Positions 61,131 through 64,000 of a DNA stretch of 64,000 nucleotides are shown piece by piece (the stretch's first letter is position 1; each line of letters begins with the position of its first letter). Origin of the DNA: Gracilinanus agilis. Lineage: Eukaryota. The stretch covers positions 163,057,176 to 163,121,175 of the forward strand of contig NC_058133.1 in NCBI RefSeq assembly GCF_016433145.1, given 5' to 3'. The position numbers and the translations under genes are program-made. The notes under the pieces were generated by a model. It searched no databases. It saw only the letters and a list, made by a program, of their open reading frames with translations, and had not been told where the DNA came from.

Positions 61131-62412
61131 AAACTGAGCCATCTCCACCAACCCACCCTCTTGGCCAGGTTCTGGAACTGGTGTCCCTGCAGCCTCCGTG
61201 GCCCTTCCTACCAACAATCAGTGTCCTCGGGCTCTTTCCAAAAAGAATAATTACCTATCATATTCACCTCTCTAATGATGACCAAATTTTCCTAGACCCT
61301 TCTCCTCCAGTAGTCGGTGTCCCTAGTAGCCACCAGCTTAGCAACAGTTTACTACCCTTGACAGACTCCCCCCTCCCCGCACCAGGAAGCCCCCAAACAG
61401 TGTTGCCTTGCCACCGAAATTACTAACCCTCTCAGAGTAGCGGTACATTCAACACATCTCCATTCAAGCGTCGTTCTCACTACAGGGGCCCAAATTCCTC
61501 TTAAATCCAACCCCCTCTTCCAATTTCTCCTGCTATAATCTCTCTGGGAGGCCTATGCCCTTGCATTTTTCTGGTCTGTCTTTGAAGAGCCAGTCCATCC
61601 TATCCTGACAGGAAGCCCTTTTATGCTCCTCGGTGAGTTAACTGATCTTCCTAAGAAGGGCTTTCGGAAACCTGCGGTCTCCTGATGGGCAAGAACTAAA
61701 ATGAATCTTGGAACAGGTAGAAGAGATAGGTAGAAAGAGCCTATATACATCGATGACCCAATAGTCCTGGATTTCTAATAGAAGAATGAATCCCAAGGAA
61801 ATGTTTATGGATTCTCATGATCAAGTATATTGACGAAGGGTCTTCAAGTAACTTTGGAAAGGTTGCACTGAGTTAGCTCTCCAGAGTCTGGAGTCTCCAG
61901 AGATGAAAACATCTCTGACTTTGAGAGTTATCCTATACTGGAGCCATAAGGAATCTTGTAGATATCAATCAACTGTTACAGTTCCTTTATTCTTCAGGTG
62001 AAGAAACTGAAACTTAGAAAGGTCCTGACTTGTCAAAGATCATACAACTAGTTAGATGATAGAGCAATGTTCTTTTCCCTTTGGCAAGTGATTCATTTCT
62101 CTCTATGGCTCTGACATTCAGCATTCAGTGCTTTTGTGGTAATGTGGTAATATCTCAGTAATCTAGTATCTCTGGCAGATTTTCTTTCAGTGTCTCTGTA
62201 ATTGTGTGCTTTCAGCTGTTTTCATCTGTTTTCTCAGGGTTTCTTGACCTCCTTCAATGTCTCTGTGATGCTATCTCTCAGAGCATTAAAAAATTTCATA
62301 GAGATAGTGAGAGGTACTTCCAATTGCTTTTCTGCAACTTTGCCATGGTCCTTTAATTTCTTAGTAATTCTGTTCAATTTACTTTTGAAAGTCCTTTTAA
62401 AAGTTCAAGTAA

Positions 62413-62563
62413 ATGTTTTGCATGAATATATATATATCCCTGATTGAATTGCTTGTGAGCTCCAGGAGAGGAGAAGGAGGGAAGGAAAAAGGGAGGGAGA
62501 CAATATGGATCATATAACTTTGGAAAACTTATTTGGAAATTTGTTATTAAAATTGAAAAATTT
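62413..62563 (+). mobile_element. Short L1 3'-tail insertion inside an older antisense L1-like fragment (about 62040-62760)
   Basis: Flanked by a direct repeat TTTAAAAGTTCAAGTAA (62396-62412 and 62561-62577) containing the TT/AAAA endonuclease site. Confidence 0.75.
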
Positions 62564-64000
62564 AAAAGTTCAAGTAACTTTGGGTAATTTTTGAGAATTT
62601 CTTACAGGGGATTTCTGAGCCATTTGACCAGTTTCTTGAGTTGATGTATGGAAGAATATTTATGGATGCTCATACTTCACTGACATGGAAGATCTTGGTG
62701 CTTCAAATCCATCCCCTGTTTTAGTAGTTTTCTCACAGGAGCTCTTTAGGTCAGACATTTTTTAAATTTCTGAGATTAAGATGGGTGGAAGGACAGCTAA
62801 ATGAAGGGATGGGGCCTGTTAGGTCAGGTGGGAGGGGCTACACTGTGATAGAAAAGGAATTGGATTGCAGTGGGTATGGAGGAGAGAAAAAGCTGATTTA
62901 TGAGAAAGAGAATGGGCCAGGCTGGGGTAGAGTCAGCTGCAAGTTTAGAAGAGGAGTGCAAAGGAAATCGGACAGGGCTTTAAAGGAGAAGAGGCGGAGC
63001 TTCTCACTTGGGAGGAATTTGACTGTTCAAAGGGGAGGATCTGACTGGATGGGAAAGAAAAATATTTTATCATCTAATTTTTGAGCTGGGAAGGTACCTG
63101 GGCATCTTTTTTTGAACTGGGTAAAGGAAAGGGAAGGCTAGGTTGTATGATGCTTTATCACATTAACTGAATTAGAGGATTAAGACTATAGGATTTAGAG
63201 ATGGAATAGACACTTAAGAACATCTTTCCAGTTTATGAATCAGAGAGCTGGGGATTTGGGAGGATTAATAACTTGTAATGATATAGCTAATAAGTGGAAG
63301 AGCTGGGATTTGAATCCAAGACTTTGAAACCAGGATGAGGACTTTCTTTCCAGTCCCTCATGATGCCTTTTAGAGTTGCTAGGATGACATCCTGGGAAAG
63401 TATCCTCATATTCCCTACCTTACTTTCCTCTATGTCTCTTTTACATATACCTCACTGAAGGATATGATCATTTCAAGAGCCAGGAGAAGCCTTTCACAAA
63501 AGCTTATCCTCAGAGCTGAGGGATATGGACTATGTATCTCTGACTGTTACCTTTTTATTACACATATTAGAGCCAGAAGGGAATTTTTCTTTCCTGGAAA
63601 GGGCTTGTCCCTCATATTCTACCCATCTAGTTATCATTTTGCTTTTGAAGTTCTGAGACCATTAGATCTAAATCTAGAAGTTTCCCATCTTCACCTCCTT
63701 CAAGATCCTGTGTATACTGTTGCCTTTGGTTGGATTTTTATGGATTGACCTAGACAAAGAAAGCCAGATTCTTTGAGCCCTCCATAAAGGTAGTATCCAT
63801 GGGAGAGTTTTACTGGAAAGACCATTGAACTTGGAGTCAAAAGCACTAGTTCTGAGCCCTGGCACTGGCATTTAAAGTGAAAGGTTCTTGGGGAAATTTT
63901 TTATTTTCTTGTAGCCTCAGTTTTCTCATCTGTAAACTGGAGAAAATAATATTTGTCCTCATTTCACAAGATTTCTGTGAGAAAAGTCTGCTGTTAACTG

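Noticed and set aside
59931-61217. 428-aa minus ORF and overlapping plus ORFs (60092-60794, 60836-61426)
   Set aside because: They run through the N gap and a GC-rich CpG island where stops are scarce; low-complexity Pro/Gly/Ala/Arg translations with no recognisable domain.

Overview
Marsupial genomic DNA, most likely opossum (Monodelphis/didelphid), judged from SINE1_Mdo-like, MAR1-like, CR1/L3, L2, MIR and L1 repeats. The window has four N gaps. Two protein-coding genes lie in tandem on the minus strand, in the mammalian CADM3-ACKR1 order. CADM3 (SynCAM3/Necl-1): exons 2-9 can be read with canonical GT-AG junctions (31125 to 22112), the CpG-island promoter and 5'UTR are at about 60.05-61.1 kb, and coding exon 1 is probably hidden in the 60464-60727 gap. 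ACKR1 (Duffy/DARC) has two exons (17865-17845 and 17021-16098; 314 aa) and an intact erythroid GATA box. The rest is repeat-rich intron or intergenic DNA with several motif-dense non-repetitive islands. There is no CRISPR array and no rRNA or tRNA gene. The most interesting observations: (1) ACKR1 stops early, and the ancestral C-terminal tail survives as a relic in the 3'UTR; (2) two candidate unannotated CADM3 exons, one giving a secreted ectodomain (intron 7) and one an intronic poly(A) terminal exon (intron 1); (3) no canonical poly(A) signal between CADM3 and ACKR1, suggesting read-through; (4) a tandem REST/RE1 pair and several POU-type elements (triple octamer with 11-bp spacing, perfect MORE); (5) a CCAAT plus RFX element that could drive an antisense RNA. 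All comparisons with human sequences are from memory and need alignment to confirm.
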